From: an uncultured Candidatus Saccharibacteria bacterium
GTDB lineage: Bacteria > Patescibacteriota > Doudnabacteria > UBA920
Reading direction: 5' to 3'
Assembly: GCA_964504715.1 (NCBI GenBank)
Contig: CAZDEP010000004.1
Location: 8,542 to 72,541, forward strand
Length of the DNA: 64,000 bases
Positions within the stretch are counted from its first letter, which is position 1. Each line of letters starts with the position of its first letter. Both the position numbers and the translations under genes were made by a program. The notes below the pieces were generated by a model that saw only the letters and a program-made list of their open reading frames with translations, was not told where the DNA came from and searched no databases. Below are positions 19,710-29,671 of this stretch, in pieces.

Positions 19710-21095
19710 ATGCCTAATTGGAATGCCGGTGACGAAGTCACCTCTGCCAAACTCAATAAATCTCTGGCGGGACTGGCAGCTTCAGCCCAGGCTACGCCAG
19801 ATATGACCTTGAAAGTTAACGAGGGCGTGGTCAGGTTTGGCAAAAGCGAAGTTCGTTTTAGTGGCGGTGACTCTCCGAGCTTCACCGCACCCGGATCCAA
19901 TAACCGGATTGACCTGTTAGTAATCAATTCCAGCGGCATTCTAGAAATTATTCAAGGCACGGCCGCCACTTCTCCCTCGGTTCCTGCTTACCCTTCCACT
20001 AAGTTTGTCATTACCGAAGTTTATCTGAGAGCTGGAGCAACCAGTATAAAAAATATCGATGATTCTACTAATGGGTATATCTATAAGGATGCCAGGGCGT
20101 ATGCGGTATTGCTTGATAAATTCGGCGGCGATGGCAGCGACGGAGCGTTAAGTATTTCTTCCGGCACGACCACGATTAATTTAGGTGATGCGGCAATTGT
20201 CGTTAAAAACTATTCTTCCATAGCCATTACCGGCAGCGGCAAGTTGGCTTTCAGTAATCCTCATGCCGGTGGAACTTTAGTGGTCTTAAGGTCGCAAGGA
20301 AACGTCGACATTACTTCTTCCACCGTTCCGTGCATTGACTTAAAGGGCATAGGAGCCACTGATAGCACCACTCCAAATTTCTTTGTAGGAACGGTTACGG
20401 TTTACGGCGGTGTTCCCACGGGCGGGGTAATTTGGGACAGAGCCAGTTCGTATACGCCCTATACCAGCGGCGGAGTTTCATTGGTTACTAGAACTATTTG
20501 TCTTGCTCCGGGTGCCGCTGGATCAACTGGCGGAGGCGGATCAGCCGGTGCGCCAGGCGGCACGACTGGGCGTGGCGGTGGCGGGATGCTCATCGAGTGC
20601 GGTGGCGCATGGAATTTTACCGTTACCAATGGAATCGATATTTCCGGACAAGATGGCGGCAATGGAGTAAGCGGTAACGGATATAATGGCGGACTGAATT
20701 CTACGGGACCCGGTGGCGGAGGGGGCGGTAATTGCGGCATGTTCTTAGCACTTTATAATTATCTAACGACGAATACCGGCACTATAAAAGCTGCGGGAGG
20801 TAAAGGCGGAGATGGCGGCGGAGCCGGTGGATCTTGGAATTTTGGAGCAGCCGGAGCCTCTGGAGGCGGAGGCGCAGGATCAATGGAAGGCGCGGGAGGT
20901 AATGGAGCGACGGGAAGCGGAACGACCACTCCCCCCAACGGCAGTGTCGGTTCCGGAAACGGATCCGGCAGCGGAGGGGGCGCAGGGGCTGGATTTAACT
21001 GGGGCACTAGCAATTTTACCGGACCCAGTTCCGGCGGCGCAGCCACTTCAACTTCCACCAAACATTCTTTAATCACTAAAAACAATTATTTTTAA
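19710..21095 (+). CDS. tail fiber protein, Gly-rich (collagen- or silk-like repeats)
   Basis: N-terminus MPNWNAGDEVTSAKLN is shared with the second fiber; long GGxGG runs. Confidence 0.55.
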   Translation: MPNWNAGDEVTSAKLNKSLAGLAASAQATPDMTLKVNEGVVRFGKSEVRFSGGDSPSFTAPGSNNRIDLLVINSSGILEIIQGTAATSPSVPAYPSTKFVITEVYLRAGATSIKNIDDSTNGYIYKDARAYAVLLDKFGGDGSDGALSISSGTTTINLGDAAIVVKNYSSIAITGSGKLAFSNPHAGGTLVVLRSQGNVDITSSTVPCIDLKGIGATDSTTPNFFVGTVTVYGGVPTGGVIWDRASSYTPYTSGGVSLVTRTICLAPGAAGSTGGGGSAGAPGGTTGRGGGGMLIECGGAWNFTVTNGIDISGQDGGNGVSGNGYNGGLNSTGPGGGGGGNCGMFLALYNYLTTNTGTIKAAGGKGGDGGGAGGSWNFGAAGASGGGGAGSMEGAGGNGATGSGTTTPPNGSVGSGNGSGSGGGAGAGFNWGTSNFTGPSSGGAATSTSTKHSLITKNNYF

Positions 21096-21250
21096 ATCTA
21101 TGCTCAAAAGAATTCAACTGCCAAGCGGCGCAATCGAATATGTCGATACAAACCCTAACCTGATTAAAACTACAGGCAAAAAAGCCAAAGGTCTGATTAA
21201 AATGATGACATCTAAGATCGTCAAGACTTTAAAATTAAGTAAATAACTTT

Positions 21251-21622
21251 ATGACCATTAACGAAATAGTAAATTACGCTGGATCAATCGGCATCTTTGT
21301 TTTTGCCATTGGTTATTTGGTAGCGCAATACAAAAAAGGTGGCAATGAAGGCAATGTGGAAGTCATCAAGCTTTTACGCGAGCAGATGGAAGGCTTAAAA
21401 CTGGTGGTTTACGAAAACCAACAGGAAGTTAAACGGCTTTCGGATGAAATTATAAAGCTGAAGACTTTGGGAGAAGAAAAAGATAAAAAGATTAAAGAGC
21501 TTACGGAGCTTTTACAGAACAAAGATCCACGACTGCAAACTTTCATGAAAGATACTACGGATATTTTAACTGAGATCAAAAACTTTATGCATAATATTAA
21601 CCAAAATTTTGAAAGGAAATAA
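21251..21622 (+). CDS. membrane-anchored coiled-coil protein (lysis accessory or holin-like)
   Basis: Single N-terminal TM helix, then coiled-coil. Confidence 0.3.
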   Translation: MTINEIVNYAGSIGIFVFAIGYLVAQYKKGGNEGNVEVIKLLREQMEGLKLVVYENQQEVKRLSDEIIKLKTLGEEKDKKIKELTELLQNKDPRLQTFMKDTTDILTEIKNFMHNINQNFERK

Positions 21623-21624
21623 CT

Positions 21625-22632
21625 ATGGACGAATTACAACCACAATTTAATACCGGTATCTTAATTAAAGATCCCGAGCCAACGGATTATATAAAGGGAA
21701 CTAATTCTCCGATTGTCGCAGAAAAGGTCAACCCTTCGGGCGACTGGTCGCCTTATATTTCCACTCCCGAGGATCAGTTCGATCCAAAGCATGTCTACGA
21801 CACTATGAACTGCACCGGCTTTTCTTTTACCAACGTGGTGGAGATGTGGATGAATTTTTACATTCAGTCGGGACGAATGCCGGTCGACCATATGCAATTC
21901 TTGAAGGATAACGGCTACTTGGATCAATACGGCAAGGTCGATTTGTCCGAGCGGGCTTTAGGGGTTATGGCTGGCACCGGATCCAATGGCAATTATCTGC
22001 AAACCGTGGCTCAGGCCGCAAGGACATACGGCCTTGCTCCCAATACAGCTTGGCCATGGGATTGGGATAAGGTTTCAAACATTAAAGAATATTACGCTCC
22101 TCTTCCGGACAGTGTTTGGGAAATTGCTGCAAAGTTTAGGGATTACTTTGAGATTCAGTATCACTGGTTCTTTGCGGGGATTAACGCCGTTCCCGACGCT
22201 TTAAAGGAATCGCCTTTGTGGGTTGCGCTTTGCACCTGCCCTGGTTGGGGCAATCCTCCAGTGCCGTGGTGCGGAGTGTCTGAAGCCAATCATGCGGTAA
22301 GTCTGATTAAGGAAGATTTAAAAACTAACCCTCTTATTCTCGATCATTACAAACCTTACATTAAACAATTAGCATTAAACTACGTGATACCTTGGCTTAT
22401 GCAGGTATTCGTGGCAATAAAGGACACAAAAGAAATGATAACTTTGCAAAAGACCCCGGACGGAACGTTCTATTTAAATCTGAACGGCAAATCCAGCATT
22501 GGCATTGGTGATATGAATGCCGCGCAAATCTTTTCCGATGCCGGGATCATGCCGGAAGACGTGCCAAGCGTGCCAACCCAAACCCATACCTTGGCCAGTG
22601 GCATCATCTTGCACAAGGTCGATAAGAAGTAA
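21625..22632 (+). CDS. putative cell-wall hydrolase, papain-like (C39-like) Cys/His peptidase fold; candidate endolysin
   Basis: NCTGFSF (Cys) and ANHAVSL (His) spaced as in C39/CHAP-like peptidases; adjacent to a holin. Confidence 0.4.
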   Translation: MDELQPQFNTGILIKDPEPTDYIKGTNSPIVAEKVNPSGDWSPYISTPEDQFDPKHVYDTMNCTGFSFTNVVEMWMNFYIQSGRMPVDHMQFLKDNGYLDQYGKVDLSERALGVMAGTGSNGNYLQTVAQAARTYGLAPNTAWPWDWDKVSNIKEYYAPLPDSVWEIAAKFRDYFEIQYHWFFAGINAVPDALKESPLWVALCTCPGWGNPPVPWCGVSEANHAVSLIKEDLKTNPLILDHYKPYIKQLALNYVIPWLMQVFVAIKDTKEMITLQKTPDGTFYLNLNGKSSIGIGDMNAAQIFSDAGIMPEDVPSVPTQTHTLASGIILHKVDKK

Positions 22633-22746
22633 TAGGAAGATTGGATAATGAAAATTATCTTTAAAATAATATTAATTTTAACAATTATTGTCTTACTGTT
22701 TGCTTTCATCACCAAGCAAGCGGGAGGCTATTAGAAAGGAATCTTT

Positions 22747-22977
22747 ATGGAGTATTTATTGGGTGTCGTAGTGTCTATTATAGTAGAGGTGGCCAAAAAG
22801 TATTTTGACGCCAACACCTTGGGCACTTATTTCCTCTTGTTAGTAGTGTCCTTGGTTGGAGCCACCGGCTATTACTTCTTAGCTCATTCTGCTTACTGGA
22901 CTACGATTGCGGAAATATTGACCATTGCCGCCGCTTTCCACAACTTAGTCATCAGGCGTTTGAATCCTGAAAAATAA
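22747..22977 (+). CDS. holin-like small membrane protein
   Basis: 76 aa, two predicted TM helices, charged C-terminus. Confidence 0.45.
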   Translation: MEYLLGVVVSIIVEVAKKYFDANTLGTYFLLLVVSLVGATGYYFLAHSAYWTTIAEILTIAAAFHNLVIRRLNPEK

Positions 22978-22980
22978 ACT

Positions 22981-25086
22981 ATGCATAATTGGGTTGCCGG
23001 TGAAGAGGTCACCGCTACAAAACTTAATGAGCTGAATCCGGAAGCTGACACCCGTATTAGCAAAACCGAACACAATATCCTTGAACTCTATTTGGAGAAT
23101 TATTTTGCCAGCAAGAATACTCCTTTTCAAGGCTTATTTTTCGATGGCTTTTCCGATGCCAGCAAAGCCCAAACCGGCACTGGCAATATCGCCAGCGTGG
23201 CGGTAAGTGGCCAGCCCAACGTGCCTTTGGCCAATCAGGCGGAAATCGATTTGTTTCCGCCCGGGTCTTTGGTGGAGATTTATGACGGAAGCAACAGGGA
23301 GAGCAACGTGGCGGCAGGATCCACGACCGGACCCGTAACCGATTTTACCAGCGCGGATTGCAAGGCTGCCGACGGCTTTGCCTATAGTGAACAGGATGGG
23401 CAGGGTTTTTGGTTTGACGACGGCGTGGTTTCCGGCAAGCGCAGGGTCAGGAGAACCGGTAATGGCGGCTGGGGATCCGGCGGCGATGGAGGGTTTTTCA
23501 CCAAAACCATGGCTGTGGTCAACGGCGCAACTTACCGCATTCAGGTCACCTGCAATTGGAACTTTCCTGACAGCCAGGCTGCCAAAATTCAGTTAGTAGT
23601 AGATGGAGTGGTCAAGCAGCAAAAAGATCCTTTGGGCGACGCCGCCAACGGCTATGCCACTACCGGCGCCATTACCTTTGACGTTAATGCGGTTGCCTCC
23701 GGTTCAAGCATGAGCATAGCTTTAAAAGCCTCACAAAACAGTAATTTCGGGACGGGGAATGAAGATAGGGCGGATTGGTCTAACTTTTCCGTGACGCACA
23801 CGGGGTATTTGCTCATCATGCAGAATAACTTGGCGAGCAGCTACGCCCAAGGCGGATTTGTAAAATACACCACGGCCACCATAGACACCTCTAATAAACG
23901 TTTAGCCATGACATCCGGAGTCGGCGATCTAAAAAGAGTTATTTACCAAAGTGTGGACAGCGTATTTACTCAATTGATGGCCAGCGCATACTTATGGATA
24001 ATGAGAAAGGTCACGACCAAGTTTCATCCGAACAGTTCCGTGGCTCAAAGCGCCAACCAAGTTACCGTTACGGGACCTTCGGGGACTTTTACCATTGGCG
24101 ACATCATAGATATTTATATTGCGAATAAAACGATCAGGGAAAGAAAGGCGGTCAGTAATGTTTCGGAAGCGGGAGGAGGAGGCAATGTTGGTTTTGATAC
24201 TACTACCGGTATAAATACCACTAGCACGGTCTTTACTTATGCCCATAATGTGGCAAATCAATCTAATCGTTACTTAGTGGTTTTCGTAGACGCAAATAGC
24301 TCCGCTCCTTCGGGTGCAACTTATAATGGAATAGCTTTAACTAAAGTAGCCGAACAAAACGTAGGCGCGACTGGAAGAAACACTAGTCTTTGGGTTCTCG
24401 CTAACCCTGCTATTGGGAACAATAACGTGGTGGTAACTTTTGGTAGTTCCCATGACGCCAATATTAGAAGCTATAGCCTTTATAATGCTTCAGGCGTGGG
24501 AACACCATATACTACTGATTATTCCGTAAATAATAATTACAACCCCACTCTTACAGGAATGAGTGGCGGGATGATACTGGATTTTCTCCGCATGTGGGGT
24601 GACCCGGGTGGTAGCGTGGTTGCTAATAACGGCCAGACCAGAGATTTCGGTGGAGCGGGCGGAACCGACTTAAAAACTTATCACAATACGGTTCCCGGAT
24701 CCATTGTCAGCTCTTATAGTTGGCCGACCAGCAGCGGACACTACGCAGCCAGTATTTGCGTTCTGCCGACGATTCCCGATATAACGTTAACGTTTTCTCC
24801 AGCGATCCAAAAGTCGGGAGGCTTTGTCACTACTGACTGGGTAGAAAGGGTTGATGTATTGCCAAAGATTAGCATTACGGGCAATAGTGAGGCTAGAAAT
24901 TTTGTAGCACCTGCTTTCCAAAACTCCATGGACGTATTGGTAGACACGGAAATTTACACCGAAGACGAATATAATTATACTCCGGCAACGCCGAAAGAAA
25001 CGGTTAAAATATATTTGGAAATAACCAGAGGTGATACCACACTTAATCCTTACGCTAAGCGCTTGGGAGTATCTTTGAATACTTGA
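22981..25086 (+). CDS. tail fiber / host-specificity protein
   Basis: N-terminus MHNWVAGEEVTATKLN is paralogous to the 19710 fiber; 701 aa, beta-rich. Confidence 0.55.
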   Translation: MHNWVAGEEVTATKLNELNPEADTRISKTEHNILELYLENYFASKNTPFQGLFFDGFSDASKAQTGTGNIASVAVSGQPNVPLANQAEIDLFPPGSLVEIYDGSNRESNVAAGSTTGPVTDFTSADCKAADGFAYSEQDGQGFWFDDGVVSGKRRVRRTGNGGWGSGGDGGFFTKTMAVVNGATYRIQVTCNWNFPDSQAAKIQLVVDGVVKQQKDPLGDAANGYATTGAITFDVNAVASGSSMSIALKASQNSNFGTGNEDRADWSNFSVTHTGYLLIMQNNLASSYAQGGFVKYTTATIDTSNKRLAMTSGVGDLKRVIYQSVDSVFTQLMASAYLWIMRKVTTKFHPNSSVAQSANQVTVTGPSGTFTIGDIIDIYIANKTIRERKAVSNVSEAGGGGNVGFDTTTGINTTSTVFTYAHNVANQSNRYLVVFVDANSSAPSGATYNGIALTKVAEQNVGATGRNTSLWVLANPAIGNNNVVVTFGSSHDANIRSYSLYNASGVGTPYTTDYSVNNNYNPTLTGMSGGMILDFLRMWGDPGGSVVANNGQTRDFGGAGGTDLKTYHNTVPGSIVSSYSWPTSSGHYAASICVLPTIPDITLTFSPAIQKSGGFVTTDWVERVDVLPKISITGNSEARNFVAPAFQNSMDVLVDTEIYTEDEYNYTPATPKETVKIYLEITRGDTTLNPYAKRLGVSLNT

Positions 25087-25111
25087 GGGATTTAGCTTTT
25101 GTGCGAAAAAT

Positions 25112-25120
25112 TGCTATAAT
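25112..25120 (+). promoter_or_regulatory. extended -10 promoter (TGcTATAAT) upstream of the AlbA_2/HATPase gene
   Basis: Exact TGnTATAAT 32 nt before the ATG. Confidence 0.4.
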
Positions 25121-25151
25121 TACACTAACTTTATAAAAAATTATAGCTTTT

Positions 25152-26615
25152 ATGGATATACAAAAATTCTTAGAGGAAGTTTTGGCTATACCCAACGAGT
25201 CAAGGACTTTTGAGTTTAAGCGCCTTGGCAGCAGAAACGAAGGATTGGATAAAACTCTGCAAGCTATTGTCGCCATGGCCAATACAGATGGCGGCACTAT
25301 TGTGCTTGGCATTGATGATCCGCAAAAATCAAAGCTAAAAGGTTTTGATCGGATTTTTGGCATTGAGGAAAATCCAGAATTGTATGACGAACTTGGTCAA
25401 AATGTAAAAAAGATTTCTCCTCCCATTGCCTCAATTTGGCCCCCGGAGTTAATCCAAGTTCCAGGAAAGAACGTCAGGATCGGGTGGCTATCAGTGCCCA
25501 AAGTTACGGATGGGTTCAGGTCTATCGACAACCATGTTTACGTTAGGCAAGAAAGAGGTAATAAACGATTATCTCCTCAAGAGATTGTTCACTTTGCTTA
25601 TGTCAAAGGTTTTGAGCGAGCTGATGCTGAAGCAGTCGAAGTTAGTATTGATTTACTGAAAACCAGCTATTACGAAGCTTGGCGGAAGAAACGCGGTATT
25701 GAGGAAGATTCCATCAGCATAATTTTAGAAAAAACTGGATTGGCAAAAAGAAACGACAAAGGTGTTATTTTACCGACTCGAGCCGCAGTATTACTCTTTG
25801 CCGACTATCCGAATGACTTAATGCACACAAAATGCACCGTTCGCGTCTTTCAATACGCCGGTAACCTGGAAACCATAAAGGAAACTTTAAACCTTGTTGG
25901 CACCCCCAAGACAATTGACGGACCTATTGTTAAGCTAATCAAAGACGCTCACGAATATGTGCTTACTCTTTTAAGAACCGGCATGAAAGTGCCGTCTGGG
26001 TTTGTGACCCAATATCAAATTCCGGAAAGAGCAGTTAAAGAAGCGATCACAAATGCCGTCATCCACCGCGATTACCATACAAAAAAAGATATTGAAATTA
26101 GAATTTTTGAGGATCGTGTTGAGATTGAAAGCCCAGGACTTTTGCCGTTTAACATTACACCGTCGAACATTGGTATTGTAAGGGCTCATGGTTATCGCAA
26201 CGATCTTATAGTCAAACATTTACGGGAATTTCCTGATCCTCCCAACCTTGACCAAAATGAGGGTATTAGAGCAATGCGCCAGACCATGACCGAAGCCAAA
26301 TTGTATCCGCCAATTTTCCTGACGTATCCATACATGCAAGACTCGCTCAAGGTTGTGCTCTTTAATGAAAAAGCACCATCAGAATGGGACAAGGTTTCGC
26401 ATCATCTTAATGAGCATAAATACATCACCAACAAAGAAGCCCGTTCGATCATTGGTATTCAAAGCGAAGTTAAGATGTCAAAATTGTTCAATAAGTGGGT
26501 GAAAAAAAATTTGTTGATCAAAATAGTGCCAAGGACGGGGGCAAAACGCAACATAAGCTACCGTCTGCCAACGGCCGACGAAAAGGGTTTATTTACCCCT
26601 GACAAAGGTAAATAA
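25152..26615 (+). CDS. Schlafen-like AlbA_2 DNA-binding domain + HATPase_c_4 domain protein (RecG-C-terminal-like 'ATP-binding' family)
   Basis: N-terminal FEFKRLGS...LQAIVAMANTDGGTIVLGIDD (AlbA_2); C-terminal ITNAVIHRDY...IESPGLLP (HATPase_c_4). Confidence 0.6.
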   Translation: MDIQKFLEEVLAIPNESRTFEFKRLGSRNEGLDKTLQAIVAMANTDGGTIVLGIDDPQKSKLKGFDRIFGIEENPELYDELGQNVKKISPPIASIWPPELIQVPGKNVRIGWLSVPKVTDGFRSIDNHVYVRQERGNKRLSPQEIVHFAYVKGFERADAEAVEVSIDLLKTSYYEAWRKKRGIEEDSISIILEKTGLAKRNDKGVILPTRAAVLLFADYPNDLMHTKCTVRVFQYAGNLETIKETLNLVGTPKTIDGPIVKLIKDAHEYVLTLLRTGMKVPSGFVTQYQIPERAVKEAITNAVIHRDYHTKKDIEIRIFEDRVEIESPGLLPFNITPSNIGIVRAHGYRNDLIVKHLREFPDPPNLDQNEGIRAMRQTMTEAKLYPPIFLTYPYMQDSLKVVLFNEKAPSEWDKVSHHLNEHKYITNKEARSIIGIQSEVKMSKLFNKWVKKNLLIKIVPRTGAKRNISYRLPTADEKGLFTPDKGK

Positions 26616-26688
26616 AAATAATAGGTTGATTTTAGGGCAGTTATCGGGAGTTTATTTACCCTAGGGGGTAGGCTATCTGTTTTTATTA

Positions 26689-26880
26689 TTGTTACCGAAT
26701 ATGACGTATATCCCTTTAGCAATTTTGGTTTATTTATTGACTGGTATTGGAATGGTTTTTTGGGATTTCCGTAGCGGCAATACCTTGCATGATCCGCCGC
26801 GATTTTTGCATGACCGAAGTGTCAGCACGGCCATAGTTTTTGTCCTGCTGTGGCCGTATAAGCTGCTAAAAAAAGTATAA
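26689..26880 (+). CDS. small membrane protein (2 TM)
   Basis: ORF with two hydrophobic helices. Confidence 0.25.
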   Translation: MLPNMTYIPLAILVYLLTGIGMVFWDFRSGNTLHDPPRFLHDRSVSTAIVFVLLWPYKLLKKV

Positions 26881-26962
26881 AAGTAAAGCCTAAACTCGCT
26901 TAACGAGCGTATAGCACAACGGGCTAAAAAGTGTTAAAATAAAGCCAGATTTAACACTGATT

Positions 26963-29671
26963 ATGGCCCTTTCTTGGAATGAGATAAAATCCCGCGCTGT
27001 GGTATTTTCCAAAGAGTGGGAAAATGAAACCCGCGAAGAAGCCGAAGCCAAAACTTTTTGGGATGGCTTTTTCAACGTCTTTGGCATGACTCGCAAACGT
27101 CTTGCTGCTTTTGAACATTATGTTAAACTGCGAGGCGGAGACCAGGGCTTTATAGATCTTTTCTGGCCAGGCACGTTATTGGTAGAGCATAAATCCAAAG
27201 GCAAAGATTTAGCCAAGGCGTATACGCAAGCCATTGATTATTTCCCTGGCCTGTTGGAGAAAGACTTGCCAAAATACATTTTAACCTCTGACTTTTCGCG
27301 TTTCCGGCTCCATGATATGGAAACCGGAAAGGAAACCGATTTTGACTTAAAAGATTTGAGTAAACATGTGAATTTGTTTGCTTTTATTGCCGGTTATGAA
27401 AAGCAACACATTCGCGAGGAAGATCCGGCCAACAGACAGGCAGCCGAACGCATGGCAGGTCTCCATGACAGCTTATTCGAAGCTGGATACAGCGGACATC
27501 AACTCGAAGTCTTTTTAGTGCGTATCCTGTTCTGCTTGTTTGCAGACGATACCGGCATTTTTCCCATCAAGAATCAATTTTACGACTATATTGAATGGAA
27601 GCCTAAAGAAGATGGATCAGACTTTGGTCTGTATTTACAAGGCTTGTTTGATGTTTTAAACACCCCTGTAGAAAAGCGGCAAGCAAACTTAGACGAAGAT
27701 TTAAAATCTTTTCCTTATGTAAACGGCGGACTGTTCGCCGAAACCTTACCAACCGTTTCTTTTAATAGCGCTATCCGCAAGGCTTTCTTAAAATGCTGTG
27801 ATTTTGACTGGTCACAAATTTCCCCGGCTATATTCGGTTCCATGTTCCAAGGGGTAATGGACAAAAAAGAACGCCGGGCTTTGGGAGCGCACTATACTTC
27901 GGAAACCAACATCTTAAAACTGATTAAGCCATTATTTTTAGACGAACTGTGGGCGGAATTTGAAACGGTAAAACATAACCATCAAAAGCTGCAAATTTTC
28001 CAAAGGAAAATTGCCAGCTTAAAATTTTTAGACCCAGCCTGTGGTTGTGGCAACTTTTTGGTAATTGCTTACCGTGAACTGCGCCTTTTGGAGCTGGAAA
28101 TTTTAAAGTTAATGTATGGACCTGGCAAGTCAATTTTAAAGTGGAATATCCAGACCATTACCCAAGTCAGTCCCGAACAGTTCTATGGCATAGAAATTGG
28201 AGAGTTTGCAGGGCGTATTGCCGAAACCGCAATGTGGCTCGTCGACCACCAAATGAACCAAAAAGCCAGTGAAGCTTTGGGACAATACTTTGTTCGTTTG
28301 CCTTTGGACAAAGCCGCGCATATAAAGTTTGGTAATGCTTTAACTACCGACTGGAAGGAAATTATACCGCCTGATGAGTTGAGCTATATTTTGGGTAATC
28401 CTCCTTTTGTCGGGTCAAAGCTTATGACTGAACAGCAGCGGGCGGAAATTGTGGATGTATTTAACAATGCGAAGGGTGTGGGTGTGCTGGACTATGTTTC
28501 GGGTTGGTATATAAAAGCGGCCAAATACATACAGGGCACGCAAATTAAATGCGCTTTTGTCTCTACAAATTCCATTACCCAAGGTGAGCAGGTCGGGATT
28601 CTGTGGAATGAACTGCTTAATAAATATGGTATTAAAATTCATTTTGCCCATAAGACTTTTAAGTGGAGCAATGAAGCAGCTGGTAAAGCAGCGGTTTATT
28701 GTGTGATTGTTGGTTTTGCGAATTTTGATGTCAATAAAAAATCTCTTTATGAATATGAAAATATAAAAGGAGTGCCACACGAAGTTACTGTAAAAAATAT
28801 CAATCCTTACTTAGTGGCTGCTGATGACATTATTATTGATAAAAGAAGTAAGCCAATTTCAAAAGTTCCTGGTATGGTCTTTGGGAGCATGCCTAACGAT
28901 GATGGTAATTTATTACTGGACAATCAGCAAAAAGTTGAACTGCTTTCTGTCGAACCTAACGCTGCAAAATTTATAAAGCCTTTCATCAGTGCGAAGGAAT
29001 TTTTAAATCGCCAGACGCGGTGGTGTTTATGGTTGGTGGATGCTAAACCTGAAGAGATAAAGTCCATGCCTGCAATTTTGCAAAGAGTCCAAAATATAAG
29101 AGATTATCGGCAAAAAAGTAAAAGAAAAACGACTGTTGAATTAGCAAATAAACCGGCTCTGTTTGGTGAAAATCATCAACCTGATTCTGAATATATTTTA
29201 GTGCCCCGTGTATCCTCTGAAAATCGCAAATATATACCTATGGGGTTCTTTACTAAGGAAAGCATAGTTGGCGACACTTGCATGAGCATTCCTGGAGCCA
29301 CTTTATATCACTTTGGGGTGCTGGAAAGCGAAATGCATATGGCTTGGGTGCGGTATGTATGTGGACGGCTTAAAAGTGATTACCGTTATTCCAAGGATAT
29401 TGTCTATAACAACTTTCCGTGGCCAAAAGATCCAAGTCCTGAGAAAATGCAAGCTATTGAGCAGGCAGCACAACAGGTTATAGATATCCGGCAAAAATAT
29501 CCCAATAGCTCCTTGGCTGATTTATACGACCCGCTCACAATGCCAGCTGATTTGGTTAAGGCACACGAAGAATTAAACCGCGCAGTTGACGCCACCTACA
29601 GCCGCCGCACCTTCAAATCCGAAGCCGAACGGATGGAGTTTTTATTTGAATTGTATAAAAACCATGAATGA
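26963..29671 (+). CDS. MmeI-family Type IIL (IIG) restriction-modification enzyme (endonuclease + N6-adenine MTase + TRD in one polypeptide)
   Basis: N-terminus MALSWNEIKSRAVVFSKEWEN...GFIDLFWPGTLLVEHKSKGKDL is strikingly MmeI-like, with the D...E.K nuclease residues; MTase motif I FLDPACGCGNFLV and motif IV GNPPFVGSK. Confidence 0.85.
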   Translation: MALSWNEIKSRAVVFSKEWENETREEAEAKTFWDGFFNVFGMTRKRLAAFEHYVKLRGGDQGFIDLFWPGTLLVEHKSKGKDLAKAYTQAIDYFPGLLEKDLPKYILTSDFSRFRLHDMETGKETDFDLKDLSKHVNLFAFIAGYEKQHIREEDPANRQAAERMAGLHDSLFEAGYSGHQLEVFLVRILFCLFADDTGIFPIKNQFYDYIEWKPKEDGSDFGLYLQGLFDVLNTPVEKRQANLDEDLKSFPYVNGGLFAETLPTVSFNSAIRKAFLKCCDFDWSQISPAIFGSMFQGVMDKKERRALGAHYTSETNILKLIKPLFLDELWAEFETVKHNHQKLQIFQRKIASLKFLDPACGCGNFLVIAYRELRLLELEILKLMYGPGKSILKWNIQTITQVSPEQFYGIEIGEFAGRIAETAMWLVDHQMNQKASEALGQYFVRLPLDKAAHIKFGNALTTDWKEIIPPDELSYILGNPPFVGSKLMTEQQRAEIVDVFNNAKGVGVLDYVSGWYIKAAKYIQGTQIKCAFVSTNSITQGEQVGILWNELLNKYGIKIHFAHKTFKWSNEAAGKAAVYCVIVGFANFDVNKKSLYEYENIKGVPHEVTVKNINPYLVAADDIIIDKRSKPISKVPGMVFGSMPNDDGNLLLDNQQKVELLSVEPNAAKFIKPFISAKEFLNRQTRWCLWLVDAKPEEIKSMPAILQRVQNIRDYRQKSKRKTTVELANKPALFGENHQPDSEYILVPRVSSENRKYIPMGFFTKESIVGDTCMSIPGATLYHFGVLESEMHMAWVRYVCGRLKSDYRYSKDIVYNNFPWPKDPSPEKMQAIEQAAQQVIDIRQKYPNSSLADLYDPLTMPADLVKAHEELNRAVDATYSRRTFKSEAERMEFLFELYKNHE

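Larger units (their letters stand above)
1..25086. mobile_element. Prophage (siphovirus-like, HK97-fold head) replication/packaging/structural/lysis region; left end lies outside the window; the element may extend through cargo genes to the integrase and att fragment at ~44.1 kb
   Basis: Collinear + strand array of terminase, portal, protease, capsid, connectors, major tail, G/GT chaperone with slippery site, tape measure, tail fibers and a holin/lysin cassette. Confidence 0.8.

Noticed and set aside
20459-21085. Minus-strand Pro-rich ORFs (93 and 108 aa)
   Set aside because: They are the antisense reading of the Gly-codon (GGN) repeats of the tail-fiber gene; no independent start or RBS context.
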